The position numbers were made by a program, and so were the translations under genes. The notes under the pieces are model-generated. The model was not told the origin of the DNA. It saw only the letters and a list, made by a program, of their open reading frames with translations, and ran no database searches. DNA of 63,585 bases, filler included. It is 6 parts of 6 records of this genome, joined end to end, with 100 filler letters (N's around TTAATTAATTAA, not from the genome) between each part and the next. Parts side by side here need not be neighbours in the genome. Positions count along the whole stretch, not along the records: positions 56,004 to 59,493 come from SRR20825010_2555; positions 59,594 to 63,585 come from SRR20825010_2556; 4 more parts are not named here. One strand, written 5' to 3'. Each line of letters opens with the position of its first letter. Positions within the stretch are counted from its first letter, which is position 1. Positions 56,035 to 63,585 of the stretch are shown here, one piece after another.

Positions 56035-57105
56035 ATGTTTGATCACACGACTCTCAACAACCCTACGGCATCCCAAAATGCTGCAAATATGGCCGCATCA
56101 AACGCCCCATTGCACAGTGCTGTCACAACCAACAGGGCGGATCGGGATACACAAACCAACGCGCAGCTGAACCAGCAGCGCGCGATCATTGATCAGATTG
56201 ATCTCAGCATCGAAGCCAACAAACGCATCGAACAATCCATATCTGCAATCCCGCGCCCTGTACTGGATGTTCCAGCAAACCCGCTTGCGGCCTTTGACGC
56301 GTTAAAACCCGCCTATGACGATGCCCAGACCCGGATGAACAGCGAAGCCTTCATTGTTCTGTCGATGATGGGCATCCCGCCAGCCAAAGCGCGTGCAATG
56401 GCCAATGCCATGACCGACAGCGCCCAGAAAATGACTTCCGCAGGTTCCAGTAAAACCAGCGGTGCGGCGTCCGCTCAGGAACTTTCCATCAGCTCGCGTC
56501 AGATCGAAATTAATGTCACAGACATCGAAGCCCGGTTTTCAAAAATTGCCGGTAATGCCAACATTTCCATATCGGAATTCACCGCCCAGATCGAAATAAT
56601 CCGCGTCGAAATCGCCCAAGCCTTTCAGGTTGATCCCTTGATCCTTGATCTGGACGGCAACGGAATCGACGTCACCAGCCTTGAAAACGGCAAGCAGTTT
56701 GACATTGATGGCGACGGATCAATTGATCAAACCGCATGGATAAGCGGTCACGATGCGCTTTTGGCCCTTGATCGCAACGGGGATGGCAAAATCAATGATG
56801 GTCGCGAACTTTTTGGTGACCAGAATGGTGCCAAAGATGGGTTTGATGAACTTGCCAAATTTGACGACAATCTGGACGGCCTGATCGATAAGCAAGACGG
56901 CGTATTTACCTCGCTTGTCTTGCTGCGTGCGGATGGACGTCAACAAAACCTGTCAGAAGCTGGCATAAAATCTATCTCGCTTTCCATGATCACCCCGCTT
57001 GATCAACGTCTGATCGGTGGTGATCTGGTCGCAGAGTCGAAATTTGAACGCGATGACAGCTCCATCGGACAGGTTGGCGAAGTATTCTTTGACGTCAAAG
57101 CCTAA
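56035..57105 (+). CDS. Protein with C-terminal FrpC-type Ca2+-dependent self-processing module
   Basis: VDPLILDLDGNG, FDIDGDG, DALLALDRNGDGKINDGRELFGD, GFDELAKFD, LSEAGIKSISL; AAGGAGG RBS. Confidence 0.8.
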   Translation: MFDHTTLNNPTASQNAANMAASNAPLHSAVTTNRADRDTQTNAQLNQQRAIIDQIDLSIEANKRIEQSISAIPRPVLDVPANPLAAFDALKPAYDDAQTRMNSEAFIVLSMMGIPPAKARAMANAMTDSAQKMTSAGSSKTSGAASAQELSISSRQIEINVTDIEARFSKIAGNANISISEFTAQIEIIRVEIAQAFQVDPLILDLDGNGIDVTSLENGKQFDIDGDGSIDQTAWISGHDALLALDRNGDGKINDGRELFGDQNGAKDGFDELAKFDDNLDGLIDKQDGVFTSLVLLRADGRQQNLSEAGIKSISLSMITPLDQRLIGGDLVAESKFERDDSSIGQVGEVFFDVKA

Positions 57106-57374
57106 GTCACCTGCCAATTTCATAAAATCATCATTCCACCGGCCTCGATTGCCCCTGTTAAAACCGGGGCGATGGGTTCTGTTCTGGTTTAACGGGTAAT
57201 TGATTTACGCATATCTCGAAGCCCGAAATTAAGCGTTTCACAATTTGGACAGATTGCTTTGCGAAAAAACCCGTCCTCTACGGCGAAGCCTTGTGCAGAA
57301 AACGCTTATGTGGTTTACCCGTGGGGAGAGGCGCTGGGGTGAAAACCCCTCTGAAATCAAAGTCTGGAGAAACT

Positions 57375-58253
57375 ATGCTGCGCAAAACCCTTCTTGCCGC
57401 GTCGCTGGCATCCGTCATTTTTGCTTCCCCTGTCATGGCACAGGACGCTGCACCAACCGAAGATCCGGTTCTGGCGACGGTTAATGGCGAAGAAATCCTG
57501 GAATCTGAAGTGCGTGCAACCCAACAGGGTTTGCCGCAACAGTATCGCCAGCTTCCGTTTGAAATGCTCAAAGGTGAGCTGCTGACACGTGAAATCAATC
57601 AGCGCCTGCTGATGATTGCCGGTTCTGATGCCGGTCTTGCCGACGACGCAGAAGTCAAAGCACGCGTCGAAGCGCTAGAGCGCCGCGTTGTGGCCGAGAC
57701 CTTCCTTGATCGTGCGCTTGACGATGCGATCACGGATGACGTCATCAAAGCTAAATATGACGAATTCGTCGAAACCAACGTGCCAGAAGCACAGGTTCAC
57801 GCCCGCCATATTCTGCTTGAAAGCGAAGAAGACGCCAAAGCCATCATCGCAGAACTTGACGATGGTGCCGACTTTGCCGAACTCGCCAAAGAAAAATCCA
57901 CCGGCCCATCGGGTTCGAATGGCGGTGATCTTGGTTTCTTTAACCGTGCAGACATGGTCGCACCGTTCGCCGAAGCAGCCTTTGCAATGGATGCAGGCAG
58001 CTACAGCAAAGAACCGGTTCAGACCCAGTTTGGCTGGCACGTGATCTTGGTTGAAGAAGTCAAAGAAGGCACCCAGCCGACCCTTGATGAAGTGCGTCAG
58101 CAGTTGCTTGCAGAAGCAACCCGTGATGCGATCACTGAAATTGTTGATGGCCTGCGCGAAGAAGCGGACATCGTCAACAATGTTGAAATCGAAGCTGAAA
58201 AAGCTGCTGCCGAAGCAGCAGACAAAGCTGAGAAAGAAGCTCCGGCTGAATAA
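57375..58253 (+). CDS. PpiC-type (parvulin) peptidyl-prolyl isomerase
   Basis: Signal peptide; VHARHIL, FAELAKEKSTGPS..GGDLG, TQFGWHVI. Confidence 0.95.
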   Translation: MLRKTLLAASLASVIFASPVMAQDAAPTEDPVLATVNGEEILESEVRATQQGLPQQYRQLPFEMLKGELLTREINQRLLMIAGSDAGLADDAEVKARVEALERRVVAETFLDRALDDAITDDVIKAKYDEFVETNVPEAQVHARHILLESEEDAKAIIAELDDGADFAELAKEKSTGPSGSNGGDLGFFNRADMVAPFAEAAFAMDAGSYSKEPVQTQFGWHVILVEEVKEGTQPTLDEVRQQLLAEATRDAITEIVDGLREEADIVNNVEIEAEKAAAEAADKAEKEAPAE

Positions 58254-58307
58254 ACCAAGGGATCATCACGTCGGGTTTGCCCTGACGGATGTTCAAATCA
58301 CTTGATT

Positions 58308-58345
58308 GCAAACGGGGTGTTGCCATTGGCGTCACCCCGTTTTGC
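58308..58345 (+). terminator. Putative intrinsic terminator
   Basis: AAACGGGGTG..GCCA / TGGC..CACCCCGTTTT. Confidence 0.6.
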
Positions 58346-58446
58346 GTTCCCCCATCCATAATCAGACAAAATGCTTCCTGCTGCTTGCTTTTCACCACCA
58401 TTGCGGCAGGATGGGTAAAACATCCCTATTAAAGGAACCTGCAAAG

Positions 58447-59493
58447 ATGGCTGCGACGTCGCTTTCTCCGCTTGCCCCCGCTTCATTCCCGGACCTTCCG
58501 ACCATTGCCGGTGTCAAACTTCATACCGCAACACTTGGTATTCGCTATAAAGGCCGCCCGGATGTGTTGCTGGCGGAATTGGAACCGGGCACGCAGGTTG
58601 CCGGTGTTTTCACCACTTCGACCACAGCATCCGCAGCAGTCCGATGGGGCCGCGAAGCACTTAAGGGCGGGGCCGCACGTGCATTCTTTGTCAATGCCGG
58701 GAACTCTGTTGCCTTTACCGGCAAGGCCGGTGAAACCTTTGTTGCAGACAAGGTCGAAGCAGCCGCCAAGGCGCTTGGTTGTGCCAAAAGCGAAATCTTT
58801 ACCGCATCAACCGGCGTGATTGGCGAACCGACCACCGCCAACCGCATTACAGATGCGATGGATGAAATTCTGGCCAATGATGCAAGCTGGTTGGATGCCG
58901 CCAAGGCCATCATGACCACAGACACCTTCCCGAAAGGTGCCTCTGCAACCGCGACCATCAACGGCACCAAGGTCAGCATCGCCGGATTCACCAAAGGATC
59001 GGGCATGATCGAGCCAAATATGGCCACCATGCTTGGCTTTGTCTTTACCGATGCCGCCCTGCCTCACAGTGTTTTGCAGACATTGTTGTCTGATATTAAC
59101 AACCGCAGCTTTAACGCCATCACCGTTGATAGCGACACCTCGACGTCCGATACGGTTCTGCTTGCGGCAACCGGCAAAGCGGGCAACAGCCCAATTGCTG
59201 ATGTAAACGATCCGGCACTTGTCGAATTCAAGGATGCGCTGGAAACCGTCTTGCGCGACCTTGCCCATCAGATCGTCCGCGACGGCGAAGGTGCGACCAA
59301 ATTCATCACCATCAATGTCACCGGTGCGGTTAGCGAAAAAGAAGCCAAGATTGCGGCCAAGGCGATTGCCAACTCACCGCTGGTTAAAACGGCGATTGCC
59401 GGCGAAGACGCCAACTGGGGCCGGATTGTCATGGCTGTCGGGAAATGTGGTGTTACCGCAGATCCGAACAAACTGACCGTTTCAATCGGCGGC
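58447..59493 (+). CDS. argJ: Bifunctional ornithine acetyltransferase/N-acetylglutamate synthase (3' truncated)
   Basis: [45 protein letters not shown]. Confidence 0.96.
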
Positions 59494-59593
59494 NNNNNNN
59501 NNNNNNNNNNNNNNNNNNNNNNNNNNNNNNNNNNNNNTTAATTAATTAANNNNNNNNNNNNNNNNNNNNNNNNNNNNNNNNNNNNNNNNNNNN
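59494..59593. other. Artificial contig spacer
   Basis: 44 N + TTAATTAATTAA + 44 N. Confidence 0.99.
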
Positions 59594-59594
59594 C

Positions 59595-61022
59595 ATGATC
59601 AACTGCAACCCGGAAACCGTTTCCACCGACTACGACACCTCGGATCGGCTCTACTTCGAGCCCATTACCCTGGAAGACGTGCTGGAAATCATCCACGTCG
59701 AAAAACCCAAGGGCGTGATTGTCCAGTACGGCGGCCAAACCCCGCTGAAGCTGGCCCGTGGCCTGGAAGCGGCGGGTGTGCCGATTATCGGTACCAGCCC
59801 GGATGCCATCGACCGCGCCGAAGACCGGGAGCGTTTCCAGCAGATGATCGGCCGCCTCGGCCTGATTCAGCCGGAAAATGCCACCGTGCGCAGCCACGAA
59901 GAAGGCATCCTGGCGGCTCGCGAGATTGGTTATCCGCTGGTGGTACGCCCCTCCTACGTGCTGGGTGGTCGGGCCATGGAAATCGTCTATGACGAGGAGG
60001 AGCTGGTTCGCTACATGCGCAATGCCGTGCTGGTCTCCAACGACAGCCCGGTGCTGCTGGATCACTTCCTCAACGCCGCCATCGAAGTGGACATTGACGC
60101 CATCAGCGACGGCAAGGACGTGGTCATCGGTGGCATCATGCAGCACATTGAGCAAGCGGGCGTGCACTCCGGTGATTCCGCCTGTTCCCTGCCGCCCTAC
60201 ACCCTGCCGAAAGACGTGCAGGATGAAATGCGCGAAGCGGTGCGGAAGATGGCCATTGAACTGGATGTTATCGGCCTGATGAACGTGCAGCTGGCCTGGC
60301 AGGGTGGCGAGATCTACGTGATCGAGGTGAACCCGCGGGCGTCCCGTACCGTGCCGTTTGTGTCCAAGGCCATCGGGGTGTCCCTGGCCAAGGTGGCGGC
60401 CCGTTGCATGGCTGGCAAGTCACTGGCAGAGCAGGGCTTCACCCAGGAGATCGTGCCGACTTACTATTCCGTCAAGGAATCGGTGTTCCCGTTCAACAAG
60501 TTCCCGGCGGTGGATCCCATCCTGGGGCCGGAAATGAAGTCCACCGGTGAGGTGATGGGTATTGGTGACAGCTTCGACGAAGCCTTCGCCAAGGCGGCCC
60601 TGGCCTCCGGTGAGCGCCTGCCGGCCAAGGGTACGGCCTTCATGTCCGTGCGGGACGTCGACAAGCCCGGGGCCGCGAAAGTGGCGCAGGACCTGATTGA
60701 CGCTGGCTTCAAGGTGATTGCTACCACCGGTACCGCCAAGGCGTTGAAACAGGCCGGGCTCACTGTTGATCGGGTGAACAAGGTTCGTGAAGGGCGTCCG
60801 CATATCGTGGATGCCATTAAGAATGGTCAGGTGCAGCTGATTATTAACACCACCGAAGGTCGCAAGGCGATTTCCGACTCGGCACAGATTCGCCAGTCGG
60901 CCCTGCAGACCAAGGTAACCTATACAACGACACTGGCGGGCGGCGAAGCCTTCTGCAGGGCCATTAAATTCGGCCCCGAGCGCACTGTGCGCCGCCTCCA
61001 GGATCTACACGCAGGAAAGTAA
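59595..61022 (+). CDS. carB: Carbamoyl-phosphate synthase large subunit (5' truncated)
   Basis: [39 protein letters not shown] domain. Confidence 0.98.
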   Translation: MINCNPETVSTDYDTSDRLYFEPITLEDVLEIIHVEKPKGVIVQYGGQTPLKLARGLEAAGVPIIGTSPDAIDRAEDRERFQQMIGRLGLIQPENATVRSHEEGILAAREIGYPLVVRPSYVLGGRAMEIVYDEEELVRYMRNAVLVSNDSPVLLDHFLNAAIEVDIDAISDGKDVVIGGIMQHIEQAGVHSGDSACSLPPYTLPKDVQDEMREAVRKMAIELDVIGLMNVQLAWQGGEIYVIEVNPRASRTVPFVSKAIGVSLAKVAARCMAGKSLAEQGFTQEIVPTYYSVKESVFPFNKFPAVDPILGPEMKSTGEVMGIGDSFDEAFAKAALASGERLPAKGTAFMSVRDVDKPGAAKVAQDLIDAGFKVIATTGTAKALKQAGLTVDRVNKVREGRPHIVDAIKNGQVQLIINTTEGRKAISDSAQIRQSALQTKVTYTTTLAGGEAFCRAIKFGPERTVRRLQDLHAGK

Positions 61023-61026
61023 GACT

Positions 61027-61506
61027 ATGGCTGACAGAGTACCCATGACAAAGGCGGGTGAAATCCGCCTACGTGAGGAGCTTCAGAAACTGAAGTCCGA
61101 AGATCGTCCCCGGGTGATCGCGGCTATTTCCGATGCCCGCGAACACGGCGACCTGAAAGAGAACGCGGAATACCACGCCGCTCGGGAGCAGCAGAGCTTT
61201 ATCGAAGGGCGTATCCAGGAGATCGAGGGCAAGCTGTCCGCAGCCCAGGTGATCGACGTTAACACCATCGAAAACACCGGCAAGGTGATCTTCGGCACCA
61301 CGGTGCGACTGCTCAATGTCGATACCGATGAGCAGGTCAGCTACCAGATCGTTGGTGAGGATGAGGCAGATATCAAGGCCGGAAAGCTGTCCATTTCCTC
61401 GCCGATCGCGCGGGCGCTGGTGGGTAAAAGCGAGGGCGACGTGGTTGCCGTGCGAGTGCCTTCGGGGACCGTTGAGTATGAAATCGAGCAGGTAGAGCAC
61501 ATCTGA
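61027..61506 (+). CDS. greA: Transcription elongation factor GreA
   Basis: [27 protein letters not shown]. Confidence 0.97.
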   Translation: MADRVPMTKAGEIRLREELQKLKSEDRPRVIAAISDAREHGDLKENAEYHAAREQQSFIEGRIQEIEGKLSAAQVIDVNTIENTGKVIFGTTVRLLNVDTDEQVSYQIVGEDEADIKAGKLSISSPIARALVGKSEGDVVAVRVPSGTVEYEIEQVEHI

Positions 61507-61533
61507 CATTCGTCGGATGCGGATTCTGCAAAC

Positions 61534-61566
61534 AAAAAGCCGGCTGCGAATAGCAGCCGGCTTTTT
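61534..61566. terminator. Bidirectional intrinsic terminator
   Basis: AAAAAGCCGGCTGC-gaata-GCAGCCGGCTTTTT. Confidence 0.9.
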
Positions 61567-61596
61567 ACATTGTGCGGCTTTAGCGTGCTGACAGCG

Positions 61597-61908
61597 TCAG
61601 TGTTTCTGGCGCAGCAGGTTGGACAGCTTGGGGTTGGGCTTTTTCGCCCGGCGCAGGATCACGGCGATCTTGCCGATGGTCTGCACCAGCTCGGCACCGG
61701 AGGCTTCGCACAGGGCGGCAACGGCTTCCTGGCGGGTTTCGCGGTCCTGGCTGGCAACTTTGATCTTGATCAGCTCGTGGTCGTTCAGGGCCCGCTCGAG
61801 TTCCTCCTGAAGCCCTTCGGTCAGGCCCTTGTCGCCGACTATGATAACGGGCTTCAGGTTGTGGGCGATGCCCCGGTATTCCCGGCGCTGTTCCGGCGAA
61901 AGACTCAT
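61597..61908 (-). CDS. yhbY: CRM-domain RNA-binding protein YhbY
   Basis: AHNLKPV, HELIKIK, VQTIGK; conserved synteny. Confidence 0.93.
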   Translation of the reverse strand: MSLSPEQRREYRGIAHNLKPVIIVGDKGLTEGLQEELERALNDHELIKIKVASQDRETRQEAVAALCEASGAELVQTIGKIAVILRRAKKPNPKLSNLLRQKH

Positions 61909-62072
61909 TATGTGATCTCTTTATGGGTGCGATTAATAAAACGTCAGCGGCGAAATGCTCGCCAATTCCGTATAATCGCGGGATTGTATCAGATCAATCG
62001 GCCGGTGAAATCGCCGTTACCACGTACCCAGATGATTGGAGGTCCAATTGGAGCGCTTTATGGAGGTAGGTC

Positions 62073-62693
62073 TTGGCTCGCTCGAAAACCAGTGACCGCT
62101 GGCTGAAGGAACATTTTGATGATGTCTGGGTCAAAAAGTCCCGGGAAGACGGCTATCGTTCGCGGGCCAGCTACAAGCTGATTGAGCTCGACAACAAAGA
62201 CCGCCTGTTTCGGCCCGGGCAGACCGTTGTGGATTTGGGTGCCGCGCCTGGTGGCTGGTCCCAGGTGGCGGTAGAGCGGGTTGGTGACAATGGCACGGTG
62301 GTCGCCAGCGATATTCTCGAGATGAACCCGATTGCGGGTGTGGCGTTCGTTCAGGGCGATTTCACCGAGCAGTCAGTGCTGGACGAATTGCTGGATTTAC
62401 TGGGTGATCGCCGCGCTGACGTTGTAATTTCGGATATGGCACCCAATATGAGTGGTATGGCAGCAGTGGATATTCCCAACGCCATGGGCTTGGTGGAGCT
62501 GGCGCTGGATATGGCTCAGCAAGTCCTGAAGCCCGGCGGCGTGTTTGTCGCCAAGGTATTTCAGGGAGAGGGATTTGATGCCCTGCTGGCTGAAATGCGT
62601 AAAAGTTTTGGCACCGTTGTCAGCAGGAAGCCTGACTCCTCCCGTGCAAGATCCAGGGAGATTTATCAGGTGTGCAAGGGATTTAAGGGCTGA
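62073..62693 (+). CDS. rlmE: 23S rRNA Um2552 2'-O-methyltransferase
   Basis: [34 protein letters not shown]. Confidence 0.97.
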   Translation: MARSKTSDRWLKEHFDDVWVKKSREDGYRSRASYKLIELDNKDRLFRPGQTVVDLGAAPGGWSQVAVERVGDNGTVVASDILEMNPIAGVAFVQGDFTEQSVLDELLDLLGDRRADVVISDMAPNMSGMAAVDIPNAMGLVELALDMAQQVLKPGGVFVAKVFQGEGFDALLAEMRKSFGTVVSRKPDSSRARSREIYQVCKGFKG

Positions 62694-62845
62694 CCCGCCC
62701 CGGAACGGAATGACCGTGGGATTGACACCCCCGCAGTGGTCGATACGGATAGGCCGATTCTGGTGGACGGGCGTACAATTGGTGTAAGGTGTCAGAAAAG
62801 GCTTTCTCCTGACGGGGCGATCCTTCAATTCACAGGTGACGATCC

Positions 62846-63585
62846 TTGAACGATATGGCAAAAAATCTGGTTCTCTGGCTGATTATAGCCGCCGTACTGC
62901 TGATGGTGTTTCAGAATTTCACGCCCACCACCAGCGGACAACAGGTCAATTATTCGCAGTTTGTGGAAATGGTGCAGGACGGACAGGTCCGTCAGGTCAC
63001 CATTGACGGTCTGCAGGTTCAGGGTACCCGTGGTGACGGCTCCCAGTTCCAGACCATCCGCCCCCAGGTGTCCGACAACAAGCTGATGGATGATCTGCTG
63101 GCCAACAACGTGGAAGTCATCGGTAAGGAGCCGGAGCGTCAAAGTCTCTGGACCCAACTGTTGGTGGCTGCCTTCCCCATCCTTATCATTATCGCGCTGT
63201 TCGTATTTTTCATGCGACAGATGCAGGGCGGTGGCGGTGGCAAAGGGCCTATGTCCTTTGGCAAGAGTAAAGCCCGCCTGATGAGCGAGGATCAGATCAA
63301 AACCACCTTTGGTGACGTTGCCGGTGTCGACGAGGCCAAGGAAGACGTCAAGGAGTTGGTGGATTTCCTGCGGGATCCCAGCAAGTTCCAGCGTCTTGGT
63401 GGCAGTATCCCCAAGGGCGTACTGATGGTGGGTCAGCCGGGTACTGGTAAGACCCTGCTCGCCAAGGCGATTGCCGGCGAGGCCAAGGTGCCATTCTTCT
63501 CAATCTCCGGTTCGGACTTCGTGGAAATGTTCGTGGGCGTGGGTGCCTCTCGTGTCCGTGACATGTTCGAGCAGGCCAAGAAGCA
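62846..63585 (+). CDS. ftsH: ATP-dependent zinc metalloprotease FtsH (3' truncated; absent from the ORF track)
   Basis: (M)[57 protein letters not shown]. Confidence 0.97.
   Translation, partial: MNDMAKNLVLWLIIAAVLLMVFQNFTPTTSGQQVNYSQFVEMVQDGQVRQVTIDGLQVQGTRGDGSQFQTIRPQVSDNKLMDDLLANNVEVIGKEPERQSLWTQLLVAAFPILIIIALFVFFMRQMQGGGGGKGPMSFGKSKARLMSEDQIKTTFGDVAGVDEAKEDVKELVDFLRDPSKFQRLGGSIPKGVLMVGQPGTGKTLLAKAIAGEAKVPFFSISGSDFVEMFVGVGASRVRDMFEQAKK

Noticed and set aside
59595-63585. carB-greA-yhbY-rlmE-ftsH block
   Set aside because: Ordinary conserved gammaproteobacterial synteny

Overview
This window is not one locus. It is six unrelated contigs joined by artificial 100-bp spacers (44 N + TTAATTAATTAA + 44 N); taxon labels below are inferred from gene content and composition. 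Contig 1 (1-6835, high-GC Rhizobiales-like): oxidoreductases, three LysR regulators and the start of a nagQ-nagB-II-nagA GlcNAc operon. Contig 2 (6936-32696, Rhodospirillales/Thalassospira-like): a conjugation operon (traK, traL, traM, virB2, virB3, virB4) beside a vicibactin-like hydroxamate siderophore island (A-T-TE NRPS, N-hydroxylase, acyltransferase, MATE, PLP enzyme, DUF418, Fhu uptake, TonB receptor, FecIR, second ECF sigma). Two distinct repeated ECF-promoter motifs suggest a sigma cascade there. Contig 3 (32797-42413, betaproteobacterial-like): multiheme cytochromes plus a FAD/NADPH-2x cNMP-4x[4Fe-4S] fusion protein, tail-to-tail with a CHASE2 adenylyl cyclase, tandem-FecR protein and haemagglutinin-like gene. 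This is the best candidate for an undescribed cAMP-gated redox system. Contig 4 (42514-55903, Bacteroidota): atpD-atpC followed by a duplicated segment split by a cassette-like insertion, then housekeeping and transport genes. Contig 5 (56004-59493): a stand-alone FrpC-type self-processing-module protein, a PPIase and argJ. Contig 6 (59594-63585, Marinobacter-like): carB-greA-yhbY-rlmE-ftsH. No rRNA, tRNA or CRISPR array was seen.
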